Source: Nemertoderma westbladi
Lineage: Eukaryota > Animalia > Xenacoelomorpha
NCBI GenBank assembly: GCA_032718475.1
Contig: JAUCBJ010007122.1
Span: 1 to 64,000, forward strand
Direction: 5' to 3'
DNA length: 64,000 bases
Part shown: positions 1 through 12,705 of the stretch, in pieces
How positions within the stretch are numbered: position 1 is the first letter of the stretch
Layout: every line of letters begins with the position of its first letter
Notes under the pieces: model-generated
What the model was told of the DNA's origin: nothing
Database searches by the model: none
Seen by the model: the letters and a program-made list of their open reading frames with translations, nothing else
Program-made: the position numbers and the translations under genes

Positions 1-29
1 ACAGTAGCATAAAACGCAAAATAAATCTG

Positions 30-2060
30 TTAAACCCTTTGACCATCTGTAATTCTAGTCGGATATGCGGTTCTTATGTAAACCTAAAAACAACACAACG
101 TGGGAGGATCCTTCGTGAGGATTCTCCCACACCGGGCGTAGGCGTTCCAACATTAGTATATAGAAAGTGGAGCTTACTCGGGGCGTTTTACAACTTCCTA
201 GGAATTATATTCTCTGAAATTTGCCACGTTTGTAGTTTTTGTTATTGTAAGAATTTTGTACGGTTTTGTTTTTTCAATTTAGTTTCCCAACATTTCCAAA
301 TTGGCCACCAAATGTGGATTTTTGCCCCAATTTGGAAACTTCTAGCACTAAATGATTAAATTCGGAGTGAAGGCGACTGAAATCTTCAAATGTTCTCCAG
401 AGACTTTGTGCGCGGATAAATTTGCAAGTTTCATTAAAAAATTTCGTTTAGCCAAATTTGGCCATTTTGGCCACATTTTAATTTTACCCAAAAATTATCA
501 AAATGGTAAATTTTTACATTATTTTCTCGCTATCACCAAAGCAGCTTGGGCATTTCGATTGAAACTCATACCGAATACATATCCAATAGAGTTGTTCATC
601 GGGTCAAAATATTGGCCAAAAATATTTAACAGTATGCCAATAATTTAACTTTTGGCCAATTTTGGGCCAAATTTTGATATTTTTGACAATTTTTAAATCG
701 TTATAACTCTGTATCTTTTAATTAGAAGGAAACCGTTCCACTTGCGTTATATAGAGGGAAGATGGGAGTTCCATTACTGTTTTTGGTATTGTGCGTTGCC
801 TGAATATTAAGGGCCGGAAATTGGGGCCGAAAAATGGTAATTTTGGAAGTTGACAAAATAGGTTTTGGTAGAAAGTGGTTTTCTCCGAATTGTCTGTTTA
901 TATTTTTCTGAAACTTTAACATCACAGATGGATAAGATAGCTCTACATTTTATCCATTTAATCTTAATACAAAAAGTTTTTGCTTCTTGTAGTAAATAAG
1001 GGCCAAACTTAGGAAATCTGTATTTTCTTGAAATTTAGCCTAAAATTAGGCACTCAAAATGCGATATATCGGCTTAAATTGCATTTTTCCGTAAATCCTT
1101 CAAATTAGTTTCTTAGAATTGCTTTGGGCACATCCGTACCAAATTTCATGAAAATCTGAGCAAGTTAAGTATTTTTGGAAGTTTGGCAAATTTTGGCGAA
1201 ATTTTTTTTCATTTTTTCATTTTTTTTATTTTAGCTTCAGATTACCTCAAAATATACTATATAGGTACATTTTGGTGTGCTGAATCCGAATATGCACGCC
1301 ATTTTCGATTTCGACGTTGTGTGTAGGTATGACAGACAAATAAAAAAAGTCCGTTAAATGACCGTCTTTTTGAAAGTCTGAGCTTTAGTTTAAGAATTTC
1401 CTAGGAATTATATTTTCTAAAACTGTGCTCAATTAAAGAACGTTTTAGGATAAGAAAAATAACACTGGCAACAATTTATATGAGTTGGCCCAACCCACCC
1501 AATTTTACTCCAAACCGTCAAATTTTCACTGATTTTTAACGAAATTAACCAATTTTCACCATAAAATTACATATTTATCAAAAATAAAACAACTTCCTAG
1601 GAATTATATTTTTTTTAACTTTGGTCATTTATAGAACATGATAGTAGAGCAAAATTGACATATTCCAAAATTTTCAAGAGTTGCACGAACCTGGTCAATT
1701 TTGTGGTCAAATCTGGCCTACGTAGCCACAATTTGGCAATTCCCGGCTCTTAAACTCTTATAGTTTAAAAATCATACCGATTATAAATATATTGAGTATA
1801 GCGATTGTAAACGCATTAATTACCGTACGTAACAATGAAAATTTCATCGAATACGGTCGTGTTGCACCAGAGTTACAGCGAATTTTATAATTGCACATCA
1901 TATTAAAAATTGCATTATTGTTGTATTATTTGACCATTTTGAAATTCCCTCCATCAATCCATTTGAATATCATAACATGATGGCCTACATCAAACACAAC
2001 CAAAGCCAACCAATGGTACAGCTCTAGCCAATAACAGATAATTTGTATCCTAGCGACGGC
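30..2060. repeat. Probable non-autonomous DNA-transposon/interspersed repeat interior (unclassified)
   Basis: AT-rich and non-coding. The motif TTCCTAGGAATTATATT recurs at ~194, ~1398 and ~1594, amid many short palindromic sites. It starts TTAAACCCTTT, but I found no matching terminus. Confidence 0.35.
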
Positions 2061-3863
2061 AACACTTTTTGTAGTGTGAGGCAGGGACAAGGCGCCTTGG
2101 GCAAGAATAATGAACTCACAGCTGGCTGTGTAGCAATTACCGGTAGTGTTGGATTTTATAGACCGGTCTGCCCCTCCACTGGGACGCCTGCTGCAGTACT
2201 GCAGTACAGCAGTAGCGTACCACCGCCCGTACTTTCACAGGCCTTACTTACAGTCTGACACCTACCTGCCTACTATACATTTCACTTGTATTCTAGGCTT
2301 GTCTGGTTGTTATCAGGTTTGGTACGGCTGTATGCAGGCAGCAGGTATGGTCTGACGGTTGTTGTATAATTAAATTTAGACCTATTTCAGTATTTCATTT
2401 ATTATTTGTTAATTTTTAGTGAGCCTAATACTGTGATTGTACTAGGCCTAGCATTTTTGTTTTCTCATGTTCTTTCAGTAGGCCTAACCAATCCACATTC
2501 ACCCATTTGGCTAATAACCTCAGGATTTTAGTAAACTCATGAGACAATCTGCCTGCATTATAGGCCTACTGCAGTTCGGAAGTTGTAATCCTGTAATCCT
2601 TATATCCGAGGATCCCTATGTGGTGGGGATCACTTCATTGCAGCTTATCCTAACGAATCGTCTCCTTCTGCATATAGATGACTGCTGAGTCTTCAACGTT
2701 GATGACACAAACTGGCGGACTGGGTGCCGTGCCAGCACGTTTGCGATAACATTCTCGCATATCTCTCGACGGCCAAGGTCGAGAGAGGGTCGTACCGGAA
2801 CTCTATCATCGCGACTTCCGGCCCTTCGCCTCGTTTCTCCGACGCAATGCTGAAAGATGCAAAAGTGCACCTACTGCTCGAATCCGGTGGGAAAACTACT
2901 GGTAGTTCCAATCGCATTGTACGTATACGTAAGCAGCACTTCGCTAAAAGCAAACATGCATGTGAAACTAAAGAGACTTCGTGGTATCGATACGATTACA
3001 GTGCGTGGTTTCTGGAAATTGCAACGTTTACCGGATGAAATCTTAGGCTCTAGAATCAGCGGCATGAAATACTGAAATACAAAGTGCAAAACTTTCGTGG
3101 GTCAACTGCGGTAGAGCAATTCAGTGCAACAGCAAGCGATGAGTTATTATGGGTTGCGTTCTGGAGCGAGTTGGGATCCCCAGTTTAAATTCGCGAGTGG
3201 TTCGGTGTCTATCAGTCGACCAGACACGCTTTGGTTCGTTGAGTTTTTAACTTTCATGTCTTCATCCAAACCACATCCGGGTAGGGATACCAAACCACCG
3301 CGTTATTTAATGCTTTTTAATTTTGTTATTGTCTATCGATTGACTTATATATAACCTGTGCCTATATTCAGTTACTGTGTTAACATTTATGACGTCGTAT
3401 TGGTTTAAATGTATGCCCATGTATTAATTATTTGTGGTCCTATTGTATATTGCCATGAGCAGAAATTATTTTATTAATTGAACAAATTAAATTCACAATT
3501 TAGTATTAAATCTTTAATATATTATACTAAATAATAATAATATTTATTATTATGTAAATATATTAATAGTATAAACAGCTATAGCTATATACCATAAATA
3601 TATTGTTATATTTCATAATTAAAATTTATTTAATTTATTATTTTGCATTTTATAGAAATACTGATATATTTTTTAACGTATTTACAAAAGCAAATAATAA
3701 AAAAGGTGCTTTTGTGATAATTATGCAAATACATTTTTTATTTTAATGCAAATACTTACAGTAATATTAACCAAGTATTTTGTTACACAGTAAAATTTAG
3801 TTTTCATTCTTTGATATATTTTTTTTTGTTGGTTTTAATAAAATTTGAAATATTTTTGGTACT

Positions 3864-3925
3864 AAACAAGATCCCCAATGTCCCGTCAACACCTTGGGTT
3901 GACGAGAGGGACATTGGGGCTAATC
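3864..3925. repeat. Short hairpin element (AAACAAG start, nested inverted repeats), possible miniature Helentron-type end
   Basis: CCCCAATGTCCC (3873-3884) pairs with GGGACATTGGGG (3908-3919), with an inner GTCAAC/GTTGAC stem. Confidence 0.4.
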
Positions 3926-4785
3926 TTTAATAAGGAATTCTACCCCCCCCCCCCCCCTCCTTACTTTCGGACTAACAATTAGTAAATTGTGGATTTCAGT
4001 TTCCAACAATTCCATTTAAATCGCACTCTTATGTGAACAGAACTTCACAGTCTAGTCCAATATTAAAATTGTTTGTGAAACATATATGTTTCATCATAAT
4101 ATGAATTTTTTTACAGCTTTGATATTATACTGACATCGTAGATGTTACTGAAAGATGGCACAGCCGAATTTTATTTAGTAGCTATAGGCCCTAGGCAGCA
4201 AACTTGTGGTGCTGTATGTTGGTACAGTACATTAATAGTTGTTATGGGTAAAATTAATTATTGCGGAATTTCCGAACAGTAATAATAATGTTAATAACCT
4301 ACTGTATTAGCTTTATGATGTTTGGGATGCATATTTGGTGTACAGAATCGATAATGGATATACCCTGTGTTCCTATTAAAGTACTGATAATGTAATAATA
4401 TATATGATTATTGCTTATTTGGTTTTTTTTAATAATATAAATAAGATATTAATTATTATAAAACAAATAATCTTAATGATGAAATTATTAAGAGTTAATT
4501 AAGCCACCGCAAACTGACGTTACAAGGCGGGAAATTTGAGACTACTACTAAGACAAACACAGTAACATGGACTGGCAGACATGAGTGTGGTTCTATGTAC
4601 TAATACAGTAATGCGATATTTGTGTAAGTATTTGGGGAGTATCAAGAGAGGTGGGAGAGGCTGATTTTCCTCTATTGCTGCTGGCTTTTCTATTCCTCCG
4701 TTTCTATACCGACCCCCCCCCCCCCCCCCCCCCCCCCCTCCTCTCTGTCTACCACCCTCCCTCCCCTAGCACCCGCACCCCTTGT

Positions 4786-5107
4786 CGATTAAGATATCGC
4801 GGCACCCACCGATATACTTAAAAGACAAAATTCTAGAATCAATGGTTAACGTCCCCAGACATGTTGTGGAATAAACCGGTGCCCATCTTAAATATTAACT
4901 ATTAATATTTATAAAATCTGTCAAATAGATACAATAGAGTAACTACTTACAAGTTAACTCTAGAAAATCTATAAATTAAAATCTGTAAAATTTTAGATCC
5001 TTTAAAATTCTAGTCTATTAAGATATCGTAGCACTTACCGATACTCTTAAAAGGACAAATTTCCTAGAATTAAGGATTCTAGTCCCCAGACATGCTCTGG
5101 AATAAAA
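4786..5107. repeat. Diverged direct repeat, ~90-bp core, ~230-bp period
   Basis: ATTAAGATATCG..GCAC..ACCGATA...GTCCCCAGACATG..TGGAATAAA is present at ~4788 and ~5017. Confidence 0.7.
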
Positions 5108-5539
5108 TTATGTCTGTTTTAAGGATAAATAATAAAATTTACGGGAATAAATTTAAATTCATCTCTTTTAATGAATTTTATAAATTGTTATTTTATGCAA
5201 TTTATAACATTCCCAAAATTCCATTAATTAATAAATCATGGGAGCGGAGATTCACCCTATTAATTAAAATTCATAAAATCATGTATAAGGGGGATATTGA
5301 CAATTAAAGAATTACTATTAAATAGCATCCCAGATCTGTATACATGAGAATTACCCTAATTCTACTGCTAGCTTTCCATTATGTCACCATAGCAACAACC
5401 ACGCTAGAATTAGAAGCGAGTTAAAAGAACAATAGAAAGCTTGCCCCATTGAATAGCATAAGGAATAAATAGCACACTGCTAGTATCCAAGGATACATAA
5501 TAATAACGTGGCATTCTGGAAGGCACTTGACTAACGGAC

Positions 5540-6218
5540 CAATTGTTAAGACCAATCGTGCCAGTGGAGTAGATGGTGTTCCCCCTGAGGTCTTTAAAAT
5601 ACCTGAGTGTTTAAAGCTCATCTATCCCATCATAGTAGACATGTACCGAACAACAAGAGTCCCACAAGAAATGAAAACAAATAAGTTGGTGCCAGTTCCC
5701 AAGAAGGGCAACCTAACACTCTATGGTTCTTTTCGGGGAATCTCATTGATCTCGATTGCTGCAAAGCTATACAATAGGATTCTATTAAATCGCATCAGGG
5801 ATCCCATTGAGAGACTGCTTCGTGGAAATCAGAATGGGTTCCGTAAAGGTCGTGGGACCATGGAGCCCATTTTGGCACTTAGAAGGATAATTGAAGAGTT
5901 ATCAAAAAAGAAAGACAGGCATCTGGCTGTTATCTTTGTTGACTTCTTCAAGGCCTTTGATTCAGTCTCTCGCTCACGTATGTTCAGCATACTTTCATTA
6001 TATGGGATTCCTGATGAAATTATTGCAGCAATCAGATCAGTATACGATGGTTCGACAACATTTGTGTCTACTGTTGACGGTGACACAGAACCATTTGAAG
6101 TGTTATGGGGCGTCCTCCAAGGAGACACACTTGCACCATTCTTGTTCATTATTGTGGTTGACTATGTTCTACGCATGTCCTTAGATCATTATAATGATGA
6201 TGGGGTGATGATGATTCC
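5540..6218 (+). pseudogene. RTE reverse transcriptase, N-terminal part
   Basis: ASGVDGVPPE, FRGISLISIAAKLYNRILLNR, QNGFRKGRGT, FVDFFKAFDSV, GVLQGDTLAPFLF. Confidence 0.92.
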
Positions 6219-6537
6219 GGAAAAAGAGGCTGAGTGAGGGACAGGAAAGTCCGAGAGTTAGAGCGGGAGAGAGGAGAGTCTGTATGTGAGATGAGTAGAG
6301 TCAGGGCGAAAGTGTTGGGGAAACAAAAGTCGTGTGAGAGGTGAGCACGATCGGCCCGACATGGGATGCCAGGCGTACAGGGTAGCGTTATCATACCCAT
6401 AGGGAGCGGCCTGGAAAGCCGGCTCCGAGAGAAAATAATTCCACCCCACACCCGATACTAGATCGGGATCCAGCGGGATTGTAGCGCACTTTGAGGTGGA
6501 TGCTATCTTCTCACCGGGAAGATAGCATGGGGGGGAG

Positions 6538-7015
6538 TGTTAGCTTATTCAATCCCGCTAACCCAAACCCATAAAGTAAGCCGATAAGCAATATTGGGGG
6601 CCACGAGATTGGGTAATCAACCACTCGTGTCACCCCAACAAAGTGGGAAGGAGAAACACACAATGAGGGTCAGGGGCCAAACCCCTAACAGAGAGAGAAT
6701 AGGTGGAGTGAACGGGAACACTCCAAAGGGCGCCAACAAGGGTATCAACCAATCAGAGGGGGGAAAGGCATCGGCTAGGTACAGCAACAAGGCCAACCCG
6801 TGCAATATAACCAGTTGGCAGTAATCATCTCATTCAGTTATCTCAGTGTTATTGGTGTTACAGTAGCAATAGTTTAGCTAGGGAAGTACCGGGACTTCAA
6901 TTACCGTTTCCCGCCTTCCGTGTACAACAACATATTACATCTTATTATCTCGTTATTTATATCTATATTATGTCCCTGGTTTCATGTGCTACTCAAATCG
7001 GTCGGCAGCGGAACA
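6538..7015 (+). repeat. Long terminal repeat (TGTT...AACA), related to the BEL/Pao LTR at 22377-23083
   Basis: TG..CA ends after a PPT. The first ~140 nt align with the reverse complement of ~22920-23083 (CGCTAACC, CCATAAAGT, TAAGCAATATTG, TCACCCCAA, ACACACAATG.GGGTCAG). Confidence 0.7.
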
Positions 7016-7518
7016 TCGCGGTGGGATTGAATAAATGTCCCTGGTTTCATGTGCTACTCAAATCGGTCGGCAGCGGAACATCGTGGTGGGATTGTGGTAC
7101 ATCGTGGTGGGATTGAATAAATGTCCCTGGTTTCATGTGCTACTCAAATCGGTCGGCAGCGGAACATCGTGGTGGGATTGAATAAATGTCCCTGGTTTCA
7201 TGTGCTACTCAAATCGGTCGTCAGCGGAACATCGTGGTGGGATTGAATAAATGTCCCTGGTTTCATGTGCTACTCAAATCCGTCGGCAGCGGAACATCGT
7301 GGTATCGTGGTGGGATTGTGGAACATCGTGGTGGGATTGAATAAATGTCCCTGGTTTCATGTGCTACTCAAATCCGTCGGCAGCGGAACATCGTGGTGGG
7401 ATTGTGGAACATCGTGGTGGGATTGAATAAATGTCCCTGGTTTCATGTGCTACTCAAATCGGTCGGCAGCGGAACATCGTGGTGGGATTGTGGAACATCG
7501 TCGTGGGATTGAATAAAT
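6971..7518 (+). repeat. Tandem array, 7 copies of a 65-bp unit with optional extra 21-bp subunit
   Basis: TGTCCCTGGTTTCATGTGCTACTCAAATCGGTCGGCAGCGGAACATCGTGGTGGGATTGAATAAA starts at 6971, 7036, 7122, 7187, 7252, 7346 and 7432. Confidence 0.97.
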
Positions 7519-8346
7519 GGCTCCAGAAGTCGAGGAAATCCTGCCAAGTACCTAACTGATCTAGACTTTGCTGATGACTTAGGAGTACTGTCAGAATCAT
7601 TAGAGGGAGCCCAATGGCTCCTCAGCTCATTAGAACATGCTGCTTCTAGTGTTGGTCTTTTTATTAACTCCAGAAAGACCAAAATTCTGACAGTTAACTT
7701 TGAAAGTCCTCAGCAAGTCTCTGATCGGATGAGCATAAGCTCAAAGGATGGTATGCTTGAGCATGTGGACGACTTCTGTTACCTGGGATCATGGATCCGG
7801 AAGTCAGGTGAGGACCTTCGAATATGTAAGGGAAAGGCATGGGACGCCTTGAATAGGCTTTCCAGGATTTGAAAGTCACCGAGAATTAATCGGAAACTTA
7901 AGGTCCGATTATTTAGAGCAGCAGTAGTTCCAGTACTCCTCTACGGGAGTCCATGCTGGGCTCTAACTGCTGAGGACACCAAATCTCTGGATGGCACATT
8001 CACAAGAATGCTACGCCGGGTTCATTGTGTCAAGTACAATGCACACATCTCCAACCAGACACTATATAACATTGGAGGTGTCTCATTGGTTCCCCCAAGC
8101 TTGACACTAGAACAAAATCGTCTCCGCTTTGCAGGACATTGCTTTCGCCGTGAGGATCAGCCAGTGCATAATCTTGTACTTTGGCAGCCTCATGGAGTGA
8201 ATAAGCATGGTGGACAGCCCATGACTTTCTTGAGACGCATCTTAAAGGACACTGGCCTTAAAGATGCGGATGATCTAGCAAATGTCATGGGTGATAGGGA
8301 GTTGTGGCGGTGCAATTTTGTTGACAAACCGGCACAGCATTCTTAA
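7519..8346 (+). pseudogene. RTE reverse transcriptase, C-terminal part (frameshifted)
   Basis: Resumes GSRSRGNPAKYLTDLDFADDL (typical RTE FADD). Later RLRFAGHCFRR..LVLWQP..RELWR. Confidence 0.9.
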
Positions 8347-8741
8347 AATGCAGCTGCAATGCAGCATGCCGATCCTAGTAGTAGTGACTAACGGACAAAT
8401 GGCCCGAATGTGTACAATTTGTGACAGTTGTGTGGAATTTGTGCGTTTATAGGTGAATGTTACTACTAAAGTGTGTTTACAGTAGCGATTCGCAATTGTT
8501 AAAGTAGCCCTACCTCTGCAGTAAGAACCTGAAGTAAATCTAAGCCTTTGGGACGGACAGTGGAGTGACTCGTGCTGGTTATCGTTGTCGTTGTGTAGCT
8601 ACTATGTTGGCGAAAAACACAGCGACGACGGTACATCGGTGCTGAGGATCTTGCACTGTCCGGGGGCCGTGAGGGGTAGGCAGCGACGGCCGCTAGCCTA
8701 ATTATAACTAATTATAATATTGATAAACTCATATAGCAGCT

Positions 8742-10273
8742 ATGACTGAGTTGATAGAAGATGATCTTGGTATCAGGGAGCGATATACTCTACCGTTGCA
8801 AGCGTTTGTTGATAGCTTAATACGCGGCGACGCTAGTCCAACTACTACGGAGGACGATGGTCGTTATATCGAACCGCCAATGTCCCAGGAGCAACTCACT
8901 CGTGAATTGGACTATCGAAAATTCACTGATCGCTATACGCATCGTAATGGTACGCATATGGACTTCTTAACTACTGGTCATCCTATCGATTTACACGATA
9001 CGGACGATGTCGACACCGAAAGGGAAATGGTCCTATTTAAATATCATACCCAGCGGAGTCGGAACGATGAACTGAGAATCGAATGCGAAAAATCTATTCG
9101 AAATCGACTTGAAAGAGAAGACGTTAAAGAACCGGATAAACGCAGTGACTCCAACGTATATTTGGAATTCTTGAGAGAAACATTGTAAAACTGAAGAAAG
9201 ATCACCCGTGTTTCCCCTACAAGACGTGCGTCTTTGGTATTATTGCGATGAATGCCCAAGACCCAACCAACAAATGGAAAGACATAAACATCCGCGGAGA
9301 CGTTGCTCTAAACACAGTTTTACTCGCTATATTTACGGGAGTTTCGAGCGAAATCACCACCTCGACTCAAACGATCCTTAAATAAACCTATGATCAGAGT
9401 TCCGGAATACTCGGTCAGATCTCCTCACTCCCTAGTGAGACCTCAGACTCTTGATCCTAATACTATCACGGATCCTCCCTAACTGTACTCACTGTTCAAA
9501 GATCTAGTGTTACCCGAACAATTAGTCGGTGGCACTCCGGTTGTGGGCTCCCTAAATATTCGCCCATCTTACCTAGCCGGATTGGGATGCGGACATCTAA
9601 TATCACCATTCAACCATATCATCGTCCCAGTTTAACCCGATACAACCTGTCACTGAGGTGGAGGAGAGAGTTGTACGAAACGCGTTGGACACTATTCGTC
9701 AAAAGGTCGGAAAAGGAACTTACAATTGTTTAGGAAAACGTAAATTGCAGCAGCAAGTCCAAGCGGTAAACGAATTAGCTTTATCTCAGTTCGATCCGGA
9801 AATCCAGAATCTCTAAGAAGATATCGAACTTGGACAACTCTACTTTCTGCAAGAGTTTTGGACGAATGCTTTCAACGACAAGCGGAGGAAAATCAGCTCG
9901 AGGAGAAGCATATCGATTCCGATAGAGCCCGAGAACGCGAGTTGGAAAGAATCATCACCCGAGGAAATTTCTCACTACACACTGTCCACCTACCGCTCTC
10001 GTGCAAACGACCCGTCAGGGACCAGTAAGAGCTGCTGTCTTAAAACACGCTCTCAAGGTTGTTCGACCTCGTTCCACTGAGGTTGATATCAATCAACCAG
10101 GTACCTCGACTGGCGGATACACCGACCGTAATCCTAAACCTTCCGATGCAATTGTATTGCACCCTTCACCCAGGAGTTATAGCCCTCCTAGTAAAGTGGC
10201 TCGCCCCAAAGAGAAAAGGACTCTTGCTAGCCTCATAAAACTGTGTAAATGCCATCCGCGCAAGAAAGACTAA
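8742..10273 (+). pseudogene. Orphan ORF (148 aa open, degraded continuation to ~10273) upstream of a putative LTR
   Basis: ATG-initiated charged ORF at 8742-9188. Coding-like composition continues through stops to a basic/Pro-rich end (..CKCHPRKKD*). No recognisable domain. Confidence 0.45.
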
Positions 10274-10350
10274 CTGTTTAGAGTATTTTTATATTTTAGA
10301 AACTGTGATTTTTATATTTTATAGAATTAAGTCCCATTTTCTGGGAGCGG

Positions 10351-11527
10351 TGTAAAGGCTTTTGCGGATCTAGCTAGTCATTTTCCCCGCAAAGTACTCT
10401 GTAGGTGTTTTAGCGGACATAAAAAGCCATTTTCTTACTGTGTAGGTGTTTTAGTGGACATAAAAAGCCATTTTTCTGTATGTGTACTTTAGCGGACATA
10501 ACAAGCCATTTTATGCCGCAATACGCCAAAATACTCTTAATATAGTGTAGTTCAGATGACGACATCTATCAGCTGATATGTCGATGTGGAGCTTTTTGGC
10601 TTTCTTTGTTCGGCCCACTCGACCAATCAGAGCGATTTTCATTTTATCTTGTACAGAAGCCTACGGAAGATCGCGCAATGCATTATGGTCTTTGTTTACC
10701 TTTTTTCCTGAGCCCAGAACATCGGCTTTGGAATTATTCTGTGTTTCAGACTTTAGCAAAACATTAGAACGGCTTTGATCATAGAAACGTATAACTGTTA
10801 TCCTATCATATCATAACATACCAGACTATACATACCTTTCACCGCATTATTTTACTGCTATTTACTGTCGGTTATTAATTGTTAGAAGTTGATGGATATG
10901 TTGTTATATTTGGAGATATCGATAAATAATCATAAAACCCCAATCTTCTTGATATACTAAAGGTTAGAGAGACCGGTTACTTATAGCAATTGCGACTTAC
11001 ATTATAGTGGTTTTGGAGTGAATTGAATGCTATTTCATAGACCCTACATGTGTCAGTTACTGTTCTCCTTATATATGACCAAATTTAGTGAAGGTCGGCA
11101 GATCAGTGTGCAGCAGTGTGCGGTAGTGTGCATGAATGTGATAGATAACAAAGCATTTCCTAAAGAATGCACTTTATACGAAAATCATTAGCCATCCCAT
11201 TGTGTTTAGTGTAAGTCATAACTCTGTTTACATACTTAGAGCGCCACTTCCTAAAGGAACTGTTAATATTTCCCGAAAGTGAATAATATTTGTCAGAGAT
11301 ATTATAGTAACGATCAATCGAATAGTGCAGTAAGTCTACACCGCAATAAGGTCAGAGCTTCCGAATCCAGTCTCCCTTAACCGTGGGTGAATGGTCGCGC
11401 ATAGGCTGGCTTCGGCTAATGTAACTTTATGTGTATCAAATACTTGTTATAGGCTAAAGTCGATTTATAACCTAGAAGACACCTAAAATTGGCAGGTTAA
11501 ACTGCTAAAGGTCTAAAAGCGCGAACA
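10351..11527 (+). repeat. Putative long terminal repeat (TGT...AACA, ~1.18 kb)
   Basis: Purine-rich GGGAGCGG then TGTAAAGG. Internal ~40-bp repeats (TTTAGCGGACATAAAAAGCCATTTT) at ~10402-10512. Ends GCGAACA exactly where the BEL gag copy is truncated. Confidence 0.5.
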
Positions 11528-12377
11528 CCTTAGATGCGCGATTAATGTTACTACGAACTATGGCTGGTAGTTTTCTGAGGATTATTGCTGCGTATACATA
11601 ACCGGAATGTTCGATATCGTTATTCAAATTCTGAATACCTCTTATATGAGCCTCGTATTTTGCTCGAAATGAGGATAAATCGGTCGATGTTGCAGCGGGT
11701 TTCTCCAAATCAAAGATTGCATGCATACGTGCCTGCAGAATCAGATGCGGTTTACCATATGTTTCCTTTAGCAACACAATCGCTTCCTCGTAATCCTCAT
11801 CGGTTAGTTGAAATTCCGAAATTAATTGCAAGGCTTCTCCCTTCAGTTGGCCCTTTAAATAATCGAATTTATTTCCTCCGGATAAATTGGGTCGGTTGTG
11901 GACTGAATTCTGAAAACGGTCCCAAAAGTTGGGCCATTCTAATGCGGTGCCATCAAACAATGGAAGTTTTAGTTGTGGAAGTTTCTGGTGGAACTCCATA
12001 CCGTTGCGAAGATTGGCTGAAAAACCCGTTGTATTTGCAGCCGACGTGTTGAAATTGACGTTGGATGAGGAGACGTGCATTCGACCTTCCACACGTTGTA
12101 GGATGTCGCAAATGTCTCCCATAAAATCCGAGGCTACGGCTAGCTCGCGTTCCAAATCCGATTCGGTATCGGTATCGATTAGAAGTTCTATTTCCTCGTC
12201 AAGTTTCCCTAATTTATCACGTTGTGCACATAATCGCATATACCTTTTGGATAGGCCTACCGCTACCGGTACCTGAGCATCAGGTCTGATAAGCTCCTCG
12301 CTTTCGTTAATCAGTCGCCTCGCCAAGCCACGGTGGCCTTTTCGGCGTTGATGTAGCGATTCCCACGTATCCCACAT
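11528..12377 (-). pseudogene. BEL/Pao gag (DUF1759-like), second truncated copy
   Basis: LPQLKLPLFDG..EWPNFWDRF..VH..KFDYLKGQLKGEA. Near-identical to 21486-22334. Confidence 0.92.
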
Positions 12378-12419
12378 CGAATTAGTGATGCTTTCACTAT
12401 CCGGGTCCAGGCACCAAAA

Positions 12420-12705
12420 TGTCGAGGAATGGGGGCGTTTACGGTAATGTCTTGAGGAATGTTAATCCCATGTTTTGCGTTGTGTTTCTTTGGGAAAAGA
12501 AATGTTAATTCTCTTCATAGTCATATAAAACGTACATTTAAAATAGTAAGAGGTAGTAATTAACATTGAAGAAGTGCACAGCACACATGCAGATTGACTG
12601 ACATTGTCAACTGAACGGCAGAAAAAGGCCTATACATACAGCAGAAGAGGTACCGGAACTTCCAGTGCACAATTACGGTAGCAACTACAGACTAACTGAA
12701 TAAGT
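12420..12705 (-). repeat. Partial BEL/Pao LTR (3' ~290 bp) followed by PBS at 12399-12416
   Basis: Matches 22377-~22646 and joins directly to the truncated integrase at 12706. Confidence 0.88.

Larger units (their letters stand above)
6219..7518 (+). mobile_element. 3' fragment of an LTR retrotransposon (pol tail, PPT, 3' LTR, reiterated end) embedded in the RTE RT gene
   Basis: A frame ending RLREKIIPPHTRY*, then hairpin ATGCTATCTTC/GAAGATAGCAT and polypurine tract GGGGGGGAG (6529-6537) immediately before TGTTAG. Confidence 0.75.
5540..8384 (+). mobile_element. 5'-truncated RTE-clade non-LTR retrotransposon
   Basis: RT motifs and a (TAG)3 tail at 8376-8384. 12-bp TSD TGACTAACGGAC at 5528-5539 and 8385-8396. 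Confidence 0.9.

Noticed and set aside
30-60. piggyBac-like TTAA/CCCTTT terminus
   Set aside because: The spacing is imperfect and I found no matching inverted end in the window.
2616-3354. Overlapping short ORFs, including an LCGGDHF (THAP-like) and a CTYC motif
   Set aside because: No continuous frame or convincing domain. It may be a decayed TE gene but cannot be called.
6971-7518. CRISPR-like array or hammerhead array next to an RT
   Set aside because: There are no unique spacers (inter-unit sequence is a duplicated subunit) and the context is eukaryotic. The minus-strand CTGCCGA..GAAAC lacks the CUGANGA core and a stem II.
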